A DNA stretch of 64,000 bases from the NCBI RefSeq assembly GCF_964355755.1, contig NC_092670.1, positions 33,034,388 to 33,098,387 on the forward strand, read 5' to 3'. A program made the position numbers and the translations under genes. The DNA comes from Antedon mediterranea. Its lineage: Eukaryota; Animalia; Echinodermata. The notes under the pieces were generated by a model. That model saw only the letters and a program-made list of their open reading frames with translations, searched no databases and was not told the origin of the DNA. Below are positions 49,401 through 61,000 of this stretch, one piece after another (position 1 is the first letter of the stretch; the number at the start of each line of letters is the position of its first letter).

Positions 49401-50750
49401 TCCAGGGACCAGCTGCTGAGCAGCTTATCTTTTGTCCGCCTCGTGACGGAACAAGCAGGGTTCATAATAAACGAGGAGAAGTCATGTCTTCTCCCTTCTC
49501 AGAACCCTCTGTATCTCGGAGCCCAAATAAATTTGGTTACGGGCCGTGCGTGCCCATCCATCGAGCGTGTGGCCAAGGCAAGAACTGCAGTGCTACATCT
49601 TATCAATGCTCAGGCTCCGACGGCGTACGACTGGCTACGCACCTTGGGGTCACTGGCCAGCTTCGTCGCCCTCGTTCCGTTCTGCCGGTTAAGGATGCGG
49701 CCTCTACATCTGCACCTTCTGGCAGCATACCGCCCAAGATCAGACTCTCTACACAAAGTGGTTCCAACGAATGCGTTCATTATCTCGCATCTCGAATGGT
49801 GGCTCGTGGAAGACAGGTTACTTGTGGGCACACCTATACAAAGGTCAATTCCGGATGTCCGTGTGGAAACGGACGCATCCGAAGTAGGCTGGGGCGGTCA
49901 CATACCGTCTCCGGACATTCGCGTCTCCGGCCTCTGGTCGCCCGAGGAGACGCGCGTCCACATCAACCTGCTCGAACTTTGGGCAGTCGAGCGCTCGTTG
50001 GAGGCTCTTCTTCCCCATCTGGCGAATCGCCATGTTCTCGTCAATTCCGACAACACAACCGTCGTGGCATACATAAACAGGCAAGGGGGTACACGGTCCC
50101 CCACGCTATGTTGCCACACGTGGACGTTGCTAATGTGGTGTGTAAGACACAACATCCAACTGTCAGCGGCCCACATTGCGGGTCGTCTGAACATAGTGGC
50201 GGACGCACTGTCCCGTCCACTTCTACGTCCTACGGAATGGCGTCTCCTTCCAATAATCGCCACCCAAATCTTCAACCACTTTGGGCGGCCCCATGTAGAT
50301 CTGTTTGCGACGTCAGGCAACACGCAGCTCCCGACGTTCTGCAGTCGATATCGGGATGCACATGCGTGGGCGGTGGATGCCCTGTCCATACCATGGGACA
50401 ACCTTTGGGCATATGCCTTTCCACCGATTTCAATACTGCCACTGGTCCTGACGCACATTCAGCGCCATCAATGCCGAGTCCTACTAATAGCGCCGTATTG
50501 GCCCAGGCAGCCGTGGTTTCCACTGCTTCTAGGCCTTCTGTACGATCAGCCGTTACGTCTTCCGATTCGGAACGACTTGCTGACGCAGGGCCGAGCTCGG
50601 TTTGCTCTACCGAACCTCATATCCCTCGACCTGACTGTATGGCCATTGTCAGGGATCGTTTCAGAGACTCAGGCATTCCAGATGGTCCGGCCGCCCTCGC
50701 GGCGAAATCCCGACGGGAATCCACTCTTGCTGTCTACAATAGCCGATTAA
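46478..50750 (+). pseudogene. DIRS ORF2 (RT - RNase H - adenine methyltransferase-like), split by insertion 46814-49099
   Basis: VGGRL...GYRIEF...KKSGDWRPILNLKSLN | FRME...IDLKDAYFH...LPFGL...YLDD...TDASEVGWG...HINLLEL...DNTT...N.VADALSR...DLFA...YAFPP. Confidence 0.93.
46814..49099. mobile_element. Non-autonomous 2286-bp DNA transposon with CAC...GTG ends and 4-bp TSD CCGG (Chapaev/Transib-like termini)
   Basis: AT-rich block interrupting the DIRS RT. CCGG lies at 46810-46813 and 49100-49103. Removing the insert restores KRYIRPRRFRME. Confidence 0.88.
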
Positions 50751-51667
50751 AACACTTTTTCGAATGGTGCAAGCGCCAGAAGACCGACCCTATGAAAGTG
50801 ACTTTGGGCCAGGTCTGCGCTTTCCTACATTACCTGTTTGAGTCAGGTCTGCAGGTTCGCACCGTATCCGGCTATCGGTCTGCCTTGGCTGCAGTAATTC
50901 CGAATTTTAAAGACGGCTCGACCATCTCTTCATCCCCTGCAATTTCCAGTTTGCTTCGCGGGATGTTTCGAGAACGGCCTCCTACTAAGGCCCTGATTCC
51001 ACGTTGGGACGTCAATGTCGTCCTAGCCGCTCTTATGCGTCCACCCTTCGAGCCCCTGAGTAGGGCATCACTTTACAACCTGACTCTCAAAACTGCCTTT
51101 TTGATTGCACTAGCCTCGTGCAAGCGCAGAGGTGAACTGCATGCTCTTTCTCTGGAGCCAGGGCACATCAGGTTTGAACGGGGTGGCGCGCGGTTGGTTT
51201 TTAGAAAAGATTTCCTTGCAAAATCTCAGACATTGAACTTCTCGCCGCCGACTGTGTTTATTCCCACCATTGCTGCATATTCAGGGGTTGAGGAAGACAG
51301 ACTTTGGTGCCCGGTGCGGGCACTAAAGTTTTACATCAAACGCACAGAGTCCATTCGGGTCTCAGCGTCACATCTGTTCATATCGACAGTTGCACCCTTC
51401 CGACCGGCTGCTCGGTCGACGCTGGCAAACTGGGTCGTGGCAGCCATCCGGGCTGGTTACGACTCCACAAATACGCCTCCTCCGGCACATATGCACCAAG
51501 TGCGTGGCATAGCCGCTTCATGGGCGCTGTTTGCTGGGGTGCCCCTTCCAGACATCCTGCAAGCGGCATGGTGGCGATCACAGTCCACCTTCACATCCCA
51601 CTACCTGTCGGATACCTCCGCAAACCAGTCTACGGTGGCAGCTTCAATCTTGAAGCCCAGACACTAG
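49104..51667 (+). CDS. DIRS ORF3 tyrosine recombinase (5' part at 46534-46813, before the insertion)
   Basis: C-terminal integrase with LTLKTAFLIALASCKRRGEL (R), LWCPVRAL, HQVR (H..R), WRS and F..HY. The N-terminal part overlaps ORF2 in another frame. Confidence 0.92.
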
Positions 51668-51730
51668 GTATGTATGACAATGTTTACCTTGCCTCCCGCC
51701 TCCGACTAGACTCTAGTCCGGTGCTACACT

Positions 51731-51828
51731 GGCTTATGTTGGTTTATCCAGGTAAGCTAGGCACGATATAGACTACACAAACCAACAGTGGTGTTGGTAG
51801 TCTATGAGTGCCGCTTACCTGGATAAAC
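51731..51828 (+). other. DIRS internal complementary region (ICR)
   Basis: Reverse complement of the left end (44415-44458) fused through ACT to the reverse complement of the right end (about 52018-52074). Confidence 0.93.
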
Positions 51829-51863
51829 GCCCTCCCTACCGTCCCCTCAGGCAGGTGGTCTTG

Positions 51864-52033
51864 AGAAATGATGACGATGATAAGTGGGTGTGTCTCACTT
51901 GAGGGCGTACTGGTGGCGGACTGATCCATTATCCGACGGGGGTGGGGAAAAATTAATGTTATTAATGTTCTTCTTTTCGTAATGTTTACCTCTCGACGGA
52001 GAGAGAGGCTTATGTTGGTTTATCCAGGTAAGC
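51864..52033 (-). repeat. DIRS right inverted terminal repeat
   Basis: Reverse complement of 44432-44601, followed by a 41-bp right extension. Confidence 0.93.
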
Positions 52034-52321
52034 GGCACTCATAGACTACCAACACCACTGTTGGTTTGTGTAGTTTCATTCTTCTGTCTCTCAGATTCTC
52101 TTTGCTTATGTTTTTTTCTGCTAGTTTCTGTTTAAACAAAGTTTCATTCTTCTGACTCTTTGAAACTCTTTTACTTTGCTTTTCCTTTGATCTTTTTTGC
52201 CGAAAGGATTGTTCATTTTTTTGCCTCTCTGATTTTCTCTGGTTTTGTTTTACTGCTGCAGATTTCTGTTTGTACAGACTTTCATTTTCATGTCTTTTTG
52301 CTTCACGATAGTTTTTCTTAT

Positions 52322-52810
52322 TTATTTGTACTTTTTTTTTCTCCTTGACATTGATTCACTTTTCAATTTCTCAAGATCATAATGGTTTCTGCATGTGGAT
52401 TTTTGTTGCAAATGTCTAATGATTCTTTTAAATGCTCTGTTGCAGCCAATGCACTTTTCCAAATTTTCTTTGGTTGTGAGTTTGTTAGATAAGTCATCAC
52501 TTTGAATTCTTTGTCCTAGGTTCACAGAGCAGGCCTTCATAAAGATTCTTGTTCCATGAATATCAGTATATGCGCCCAAGCCATTCCTTGGCTGTTTTTG
52601 GAGTTTGGATTCAGAAGAGTTTGCAGCTGATGAATTCTGTTCTGAGTTTTCAGACGAAATGCTGATTGTTTCTGTGGAAGATGAAAGTTTTGTCTGTTCA
52701 TCAACTCTTGAGCCAAGTTGAATGAAGCAGCTTTTCACATTGTGACTGTAGATTCTTGTTTCAAAGTCATCTGAAAATTGACCAATATAATTTTTAGACT
52801 TGTTATCAGA
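52322..52810 (-). pseudogene. Helentron linker with a single zinc-finger-like motif
   Basis: CIGCNRAFKRIIRHLQQKSTC (C-x2-C...H...C) precedes the K/E-rich repeats. Confidence 0.6.
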
Positions 52811-53189
52811 TATTAAGGTGGATATTTTTTTGAAGATTTGGCATCAGATGTTTTTTGTATAACTTCACTTGAAACATTTGAAATGCTGTCTGGCTCAGTT
52901 TTTCCATCATTGAACCAACTACTAATATCTTTTGGTAAATTGGAAAAATAATGTTGATTTTTTTTAGGAGGATGAGTAATGAAAATGAAATTCTCCTCAC
53001 CAGAGTCTTCTGACAAAACATTAATTGTAGTCTTAACTTTTTTGTGTGTGTTACTTGGACCAGAACAAAGTTGTGTATTTGAGCTCTTTTCAGGAGCATC
53101 AACAATTGAAGCAGTTTTAATAAAAATACTAGAGTGTTGTGTTGTAGTGTTTGATGATCGATTTTGGATTGCTCCGAGTTCAGAAACTT

Positions 53190-54023
53190 TCTCAAAAATG
53201 TAAACATAATTGAGAACAGAGAAAACTGAATTTTCTGCTATTCTCTCAGGAAACTTGGCATCCTCACATTTATACCATCCTCCAGCACACTCCAGCAAAG
53301 AATAGTAGTGTCCACTATGGAATAGTCCTTGGTGATTGATGACAGCTATTAGTTTGTAATTAACATTCTGTACGGCGATTTCAAATGAACCCTTTACAAA
53401 ATGATTTATTTTTTTAAGAGCATTGTTGAACCTTAAAAGTTGAATGCACAAGTATGGTCCAGACTCTGTGAACTTTTTATGAACAGTAAAGTTCTGTTCA
53501 GATGGATTTGAACATTTACTGCAGCGCTTATTTAAAGTGCTTGGACTGAAATAGCGATTTATCATTTCTTGGAGTCTTACTGGTGTTGTTTCTTTTTCAT
53601 TCTCAAGAGGCAGATGAAGAGAAAACGATCTGTCACTTATTGGGTCTTGAACACAAGAAGAACAATGAGAAGTTCTTAGTGCATGAAACTGATTTTTCAT
53701 AGTGAATCTGAAGGGATTTGGTGTGAGGGATAACACCGTTGAATGAGAGTATCCATGAATTCCTTGGCATCTTGCTGTGTGCCTACTGCAAAATCCCCAC
53801 CAATCAATTTCCGAATTTTAGCAGCACTTTTTATTTCTGAAGTTCCTTGAGCAAGAAAAATATCTTTCAATTCACATTTGAGAGAATGACTAGTCATAGC
53901 TTGCACAATATGGTTTCTAATTGAGTAAGTTCTTCGTAGAACTTGAATTATGCTGTTGCAGAAGCAAGCGTTTCTATCATCTCCATTTGCTGTGTTTATG
54001 AGAAGGAGTGATTGGAGAGCCAT
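53190..54023 (-). pseudogene. Ubiquitin-specific protease (peptidase C19/USP) domain, frameshifted near 53736
   Basis: Cys box RNACFCNSIIQVL, GTQQDAKEF, CSSC...CSKC, PYLCIQLLRF, and His box YKLIAVINHQGLFHSGHYYS...WYKCED. Confidence 0.88.
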
Positions 54024-54074
54024 TATTAACTGGAGTTGAAGTTGTTCCTTGAAGACGAGTAAGAATATGATGTT

Positions 54075-54192
54075 TACATCCACGTCAAAAAGTAGTGAGC
54101 CCTCAATCGGTCGTTTGTTTTACCTTATGCGTATCCCCCGCGACTAAAAGTTTGTCTCATGATGCAACGGCCCAATAGAAGCGTTTCATTTC
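54075..54192 (+). mobile_element. Terminal fragment related to the CAC...GTG element
   Basis: TACATCCACGTCAAA matches the reverse complement of the 49099 end. CAAAAAGTAGTGAGCCCTC.ATCGG matches 46834-46858. Confidence 0.7.
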
Positions 54193-54386
54193 GTTTTTAG
54201 ACGTGCACGTGACTCTATAGTTCACTATGTCGGTCGGTCTGTCAGTCGGTCGGTCTGTCGGGTATCACTTTGCGTATTTCTGTACTTTTTGAACTGTTTT
54301 GATGTACATAAATGTTTTAAAGTACATTATTTTTTGAAAGTTCATTTTTTTCTGAGAGCACGCGACTTATGGCTGTTGGCCTTGTT
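54193..54386 (+). mobile_element. Non-autonomous Helentron-type (HINE/DINE-1-like) element
   Basis: 5' TTTTAGACGTG, a (GTCG/GTCT)n microsatellite, 3' subTIR CACGCGACT, then the hairpin GGCTGTTGGCC-TTGTT. Confidence 0.75.
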
Positions 54387-55283
54387 AATAACAAATTTAA
54401 ACGTTATTGATGATTTGCAATAAGTTTATTGTTACATTTTAACTCATGTTTTATGACGTTTTCTTCCTGTTTTGTATTTTTTACCTTTGTATTGTTTTCA
54501 TATTTCTATATATTTGTAAAACGAGCAATGCATTTCCGAAAGGATTAATAAATGAATTTTGACTAGGAATTTAACATATTATTTGACTGTCTTAAATGAA
54601 TCTTAAAAATTAAGAAATTGCTGTACTATCAAATTGCAGTTATTTAAAGTCCTGCTCATTAACACTACGTCGATCTATATTCAACTATAAAAATAAACCT
54701 GGCTAGCGACGAGGGGGTATCCCCATACTTCGGTTTGGGTTTAGCCTAGCAATATTTATTAGTTTGGTATTTTATCATATAAACAATAAAAGCAATAGTA
54801 TGTTCAACATTTAATTAAAACTATACAATTTTATCAAAGTATTGAAACAAAACATATTCTTATAATGCAATATACCATTTTATCATTATTATATCGAATC
54901 TCTTTTTAATACTGAATATCAATCTTTTTATCGTTTTAGCTCTGTAATATAAATTGTCTCTGTATACATATTTGTTTTATCTAGATTTCAATCCAATATC
55001 AACATTTTTTATATAATCTTTTAACCTTTCTGTGTAATATCACTTAAATATTCATTGATAAATAGATAGATATAGACATATATACTGTAACCTTCACCAT
55101 ATTGTTTATCTTGCAATAAAAGTGGGTTGCCCCCAAAAAAGAGAAAATAAAAACAATAAAGAGAAAGTTGGCGAATTTTAAATTATTACTGAGTACGCGT
55201 GTAGTAGAAATAAATACAAATGTACATGCTTTGTATTAACTAAAACAAATTTGATTAAAAACGAGCGTCTTGATCCGATCTTA

Positions 55284-55462
55284 AGCTTGGTTCCCACTAG
55301 CGACGCAACACAAGGACGTAACGCAACGCAAGTGAATTGACCAATCACAAGTTATGGCTTATTCGCTTGTGATTGCTAACTGTCTATAACTTCGCTTGTC
55401 ATTGGTTAAAACGCTTGCGTTGCGTTTACGTCCTTGCGTTACGTTCAAGTGGGAACCAAGCT
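55284..55462. mobile_element. Harbinger-type MITE (179 bp)
   Basis: TIRs AGCTTGGTTCCCACT and AGTGGGAACCAAGCT, TTA on both sides, and a largely palindromic body. Confidence 0.9.
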
Positions 55463-56969
55463 TTAGCTTTATTTGTTATGCTACGTAACATTTATTTACT
55501 TTGATAGTCATTGATAATACTACCAAGCTAGATAAAGTCCAGAGCCATAATACAAAGGCTCTGATAAAGTCCAGAGCCATTAAGAGTTACTGCATTGTGT
55601 GGATTTTAGAAAGTCACGTGGTAAATTACCGGCCATCTTTGTGTCCAACTATGCCTATGTAGAGTATGAAGTCGAGTCATTTGCTTACCAAATGTATAAC
55701 ATTCACAAGGCTTTAACAATCAATTTGTTTAAACGTTTTGTTAAGAAAATAACTAAATCATAAATTTACTGCGAACATGATTTTAAACAACAAAAAACAA
55801 TGCATTACTACTATATAGTCTAATCGCTGTACAAACTAAACGCGCACGCGTAGAGCGTGCATGGAGCGCATAGCCAGAGCTGTTCTGAAATTCAATGGAT
55901 TGTCGTGAGGTGGTATTTCCCGAAAGATCGTAAAATCAAAACGGTACTGGGTATGACCAACTAGCGTTCTTGTCACCAACTAGTCATCCATTCATAGAAG
56001 TACTGATGTAGTAGCCTATCTGTACGACCATAGAATGTGACCCGAGACATGACTAACTACGACTTTTAGATGATAGAAAGTTGAGAAAATGTGTTGCGAG
56101 TAGTTGTACGATATGAGGATGTTTATGAAAATATGTTAAAGATGTAAACATATTAGGCATATAAACAGTAATGTTTGTCAGTATAAATAATTTTATGTTA
56201 ATTTAGATATAAGGAAGAAAAGCAAAGAGATTATGAAGCGGCTGTACCTGATTATACAACACTAGTATTTTAAGGTTAAAATACTAGAAATTTAGGCGAT
56301 CTTGTCATCAGCCTGCCTTGTTTCGATATGCAATATTGAACTTGACCTGACGTGGTTCCACAATATCTGTATATGCAAAATTGTAGAGTGGATAGAAAAC
56401 TATTAAAATTGGTAATTGTTAAACTGTTTTTAATACACGTTGTTCGTTTTAATGTTAAACTAGTCCTATATTTAAATTGTCTCACATAAAGCTATTTTTC
56501 TCTAACAGGAGCATCCCTACCGAATGCTCCACTTTAAGATAGACTTTCAAAGATAGATTATTTTGATCCAAACACACTTGTTATACCTACAATAGATGGG
56601 AACAAAGTATAGAAATGTTCTTATATCAACCTATTTCACTTGTAAATCATAATTGTACAGGAATGATATGCTATCTAATAGCAAAAAAAAAACATTTTGA
56701 TTGTATTTATTATTTTTAAAAAAATGTAATAAACATTTATGCATTTGTTGGTAGGTATCAAATGAATTTTGATAAAAGTTAAAGGACCTGTATACGTATT
56801 TTGCTATGTTTTTTTTTTGGTATTTTTTGCAGATCATGAGTTCTTTTCTTCAAAATTGTTATGACAAACTGGACAATATCACGCAACTCAATCAACAGGC
56901 GAATATTGCACTAAGTTCAAAGAAAAACTACCGAGAAATAATGGAAAGAGAAACTCAACGATTAAAAGA

Positions 56970-57777
56970 ACAAGGCCAACAGCCATTAAGTCGCGTGCTA
57001 CAATGCATAGTGATACCGGACCGACAGACAGACCGATAGACTGACAGACAGACCGACAGACAGACCGACAGACAGACTGACCGACATAGTGAACTATACT
57101 GACCGAAATTACTGAACATGTTTAAAAATGTTGAAATGTTTAAAAACATTTATATTTTTTTAATTTACACGTGCGTAGCCTGTCACTTTCGACGTGCTCG
57201 TATAACGTAATTTCGAGTTGAAAAGTAAGTCAAGAAAACAGAAATCGGGCAAAAAGAGTGCGCAATAACATTTAACGCGCAGTGCGCGCTCAAAAATATG
57301 CGCACTCATGGCAATTTTGTAAACGCTTAAAATTGCCTGAAATGTACTCTTATTTCATCGAAAATAAATTTTGAAAATTTTAAGCGCGCGTACGCATGCG
57401 TTACATGCGCTATGCACGTAATTGTATTGCCATATGATGATTTATGCCCTGAAATTTATGAGTACCAAATTTTATTTAATTGTGATTCATGGTTGTGAAG
57501 ATATGATTACTAACGTGATTTCGTTAAATCGTGCGTAGACCGCGTAATTTTTTATTGCGCACCGTGAAAACATAACCACATTGATTCCTGGCCATAAGGA
57601 ATATACTGTGAAAAATTGACCTAGCTAGATTAAACTGATATCAAGATAAGGTCAGAAAGCGATAAAACGCATAGTGATACCGGACCGACAGACAGACAGA
57701 CAGACCGACAGACAGACCGACAGACAGACCGACCGACCGACATAGTGAACTATAGAGTCGCTTCCACGCGACTAAAA
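56970..57777 (-). mobile_element. Non-autonomous Helentron-type (HINE/DINE-1-like) element
   Basis: Minus strand 5' TTTTAGTCGCGTGG, two (GTCT/GTCG)n blocks, 3' CACGCGACT..GGCTGTTGGCCTTGT. Inserted at a TT with no TSD. Confidence 0.85.
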
Positions 57778-57920
57778 ACATGAAGAAGAAATTAAAAAGC
57801 TTAATGAGTAATTGATTAATAAAGAAGACGTATATAGAAGGTAAGAAATCTTTGATTGTGCGCATGTGTACAGGGTAAAGTAATAGGTAATTTAAAAAAA
57901 AAGGGTAGATTGATTCTAAT

Positions 57921-58057
57921 GCTATGTCTGCACTATCAAACTAGTTTGACAAAAAAGTGTGAGGTGTATGTATGATAGTGATATGACGTCATCGGGTTCA
58001 AATATATGGGCACACCACATTTGTTTGTCACATAAAGTTTGATAGTGTATACAGAGC
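57921..58057. mobile_element. Small MITE family (related copies at about 60240-60343, 61038-61140 and 61245-61391)
   Basis: TIR-like GCT.TGTCT.CACTATCAAACT and AGTTTGATAGTGTA.ACAGAGC, with shared internal GATGTCATATCACTAC. Confidence 0.72.
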
Positions 58058-61000
58058 CTAATACTAAGTTTTCTTTGTAGAATGAATCAGAAACGTGTCG
58101 ATTGAGAAAGCGTTATCATTAAAATTAAACATGAATTCAGAGCATCAAAGAAAGAGTTTAAGAGAGAATGTGAGATTTTAAACGAAGAATTGGAGAATTT
58201 GAAGGAAGAATTGAATAAAGCAAGAAAGAAGCAATATGAATCAGAAGATAAACAGCAAACTGCAAACAACAAGCGTCAGTGAATATTAATTTTGAAAGGA
58301 AAAGGTAATTCAAATAATTTACGTTTTAATGATTTCTATGTTAAAGAGTAGTGACGATGGCATTGAAAATAGGAAGCGTCAGTGTATATTAATTTTGAAA
58401 GAAAAAGGTTACTTAATTAATTTACGTTTTATTGTTTTGGAATATATAATACAATATTTATATCAATGAATAATACTACTCCAATGTCTCCAAATACTCC
58501 AACCTCTTAACAATGTATATTTAATTATACTTTTTTTTTACTTTATATTTCAGGTTGAATAAGAAATGTAGTAAAGTAACTAAATAAAGAAAAGCCTGTG
58601 AAGAACTAATGGAAGAGTTAAAGAAAGAAAGAGATGAATTAAAGAAAGTAACTGGAGAAAAAAAAGAACGAATTGAAAAAATGAAAGAATTTGAAATGTA
58701 TAAGCAAGAATATTTGGATCGATTGGAAACATAAAACACAAAGTAGGTCCTATTGCTATAGATTTTGTAAATTATCAGAGATTAGTGACAATGGAATTGT
58801 ATTTAGTTTGTATTTACTGAATCATCAACAAACTTCCGAAATTGGAGATAACAAGTAGGCCCATGGACAACTTGTATAATATACAATTACTTAATCATCG
58901 ATTATTTATATTATTATGAACAATCAATTATTATTGTCATCTTCATTATTTTCATTATCGATAATAGCGATCTTACGTTTCCTGGATTAGCCACACAATT
59001 ATACAGCTTTCGGGTCAAAAAGTCATTCTAAGTATGCGATAAATGATTGTTAGACTTGTCGTTATTATCAGCTCAATTGTCAAAGACTATTTTAAGATTG
59101 TATAGAGCTGTGTATGTTTGTCAGGATTGCCACCTTAAAGCATGGACCTATGATTTTAAAGATAGATAATTAATTTGCATATGGTTATCTTTTTTCCTAG
59201 ATATAAAAACATTTTTTAAATACAAATAATAACATGTGTTGTTTTTTCATTCAAACAGCAGAATTAAATTCACTGACTAACGTGACAAATGTTGATGCAA
59301 TTTACCGACCAAAGAAGATCCGTGAAGTTGGATCTTCACTTGCAACATCAGGAATATATTGTTGCCGCGAAGGCAAAACCATAATTAAATAAGGAATCGG
59401 GAACCATTACCAGCAAATTTAAGAGGAACATGACGTAAGTTTGAAATAGCTTAAGTACTATCACTATTTAACAGTACAGTAATAATTATGACTACGGTAC
59501 ATAATTTATTTTAAAAAAAACCAAAAAAAAAAGCTTACTATATTAATTGATGTAAAACATACGCCTAACACCAACTAAACTAATCTGATATCATAATTCT
59601 AATTCAATAGCCTTAAATATTATTTTAGTTTTTATAGAATCACATTATTTTTTATTCTATATCTTTTCAGATGCCTTGATGTGATGATGTATTGACTAAT
59701 CATGCAATACAATTATTTAAAAAAATAAAAAATAATCATGGACTGTACACAAATAATTGAATATGATATACTTTATAATGCAAAATAAATGAATAAATTA
59801 TGAACTTTTAAAGAATATGGATATCTTAGTGTCTAAAGAAATCATAATAATAATAATATCTAGCCTACAGTAGCATGTGTATAGATATACCAAACTTATA
59901 GTCATAATATATTACTTACGTTTGTCACACAACGCTACCCACGCTGTTTCTGCACACAAGATGTCATGCCAAGCACCGCTTGAAGGTGTGTGCAGAACAG
60001 CACAATCTTCGTTACCCAGTTGGTTGGGTTCACCATCATACCAATCTAAAAAAACGTAAAATATAATTATAACAGATCTAAATATATTCTTGTCATTTGA
60101 TTGGACGATTGTGTAATTAAATGATCTTCTTAAATATTTACTCGCATATAGAAACATTTTTTTATTTTATATTTTTTTTTAAATTAAATCTGCTTCCATG
60201 TGTCTTTGCTTTCTTAGCATGACATAGGTACATTCCGATGTCAGTAATATTCTCAAAAATAATAGTGATATGACAACTTTATGTCCATATGCGGCAATAT
60301 CCCATTTTTTGTTCACATGAAGTTTGATAGTGTAGAAATAGCTTTATGTAGATACAGGGATTAATCTTATCGTTTAAAGGGTTCTAAATGTTACCGCCGT
60401 TTATTTTTGTAAGTTGATAGTTTTGGTAGGTTTGTCTGCCGTATCTAGTAGGACGTTTTATCGACCATCAACACATAACAATCAAGCCGGCTAAAACCCT
60501 AAGATCAAAATTTAACTATCGAAAATGTATTAGGGCCTACTGTATTGAAGTTGTTTTATTAAATAATTAATATATTATAATAACGGTAAATTACCTTAAT
60601 AAAATTGTATAAAACGATACGTGTATAATTCCCAGTAATTCCAGACAGCCACTTAAAATAGCCTTCTATTGCGCTGTCATTGTAGGCAATCCAAGCTCCA
60701 TCTGTTGTGGAATCTTCAGCAAATCGTTCAAGTATACACAAGCTTTCTTTCGGAGATTTAATTTTGATTAAATCACCGATAAAATGTGTGCATATATCTC
60801 TTGTATAATTCCACGTACCAGATGCGTTGGTGACCCAGTAGCATTTTGAAAATGCGGGGTTGTAATGCCATCCAGTTGGACACCCTGAAATAAAATAAAT
60901 TCCCATTTATTTAAACGTTATGTATAACAATGGCATTTCAGATGTATTGTACAGTAAATTTAAGAGAACATGAAGTAAATTGTATAATGCAAAAGTGGCG

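Larger units (their letters stand above)
44415..52074 (+). mobile_element. DIRS1-like tyrosine-recombinase retrotransposon, structurally complete
   Basis: Inverted terminal repeats at 44432-44601 and 51864-52033, internal complementary region at 51731-51828, and gag, RT-RNaseH-MT and YR ORFs. The AGT trinucleotide occurs at both ends. Confidence 0.96.
37289..54030 (-). mobile_element. Decayed autonomous Helentron (endonuclease-bearing Helitron) interrupted by a LINE and a DIRS element
   Basis: Collinear intronless ORF pieces in order: USP, Zn finger, 23-aa repeats, Cys-rich domain, Rep, Pif1 helicase, APE. Termini were not confidently located. Confidence 0.88.
56833..58743 (+). pseudogene. 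Multi-exon coiled-coil protein gene relic, antisense within the copy B intron
   Basis: AG/GT-bounded segments at about 56833-57840 (split by a HINE), 58081-58275 and 58554-58742 encode E/K-rich heptads with several in-frame stops. Confidence 0.6.
24938..60884 (-). pseudogene. Adhesion GPCR copy B (CTLD-HYR-GAIN/GPS-7TM), probably disabled
   Basis: CTLD exons 60621-60884 and 59920-60045. HYR 35005-35243 (frameshift). GAIN exons at about 33434-33539, 33082-33183, 32693-32780, 32450-32570 and 31976-32040. GPS about 31693-31804. TM exons at about 31235-31337, 30938-31042, 30091-30312, 29845-29911, 28864-28967 and 28492-28660 (LNGCQGIFIFIIFYLFDHE). Last exon 24938-25000 (TNECFKKRFKR...stop). Acceptors are mutated at 33184 and 31805. 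Confidence 0.82.

Noticed and set aside
50290-50520. Adenine methyltransferase-like domain as a novel cargo
   Set aside because: This domain (DLFA...YAFPP) is an established part of DIRS1 pol ORFs.
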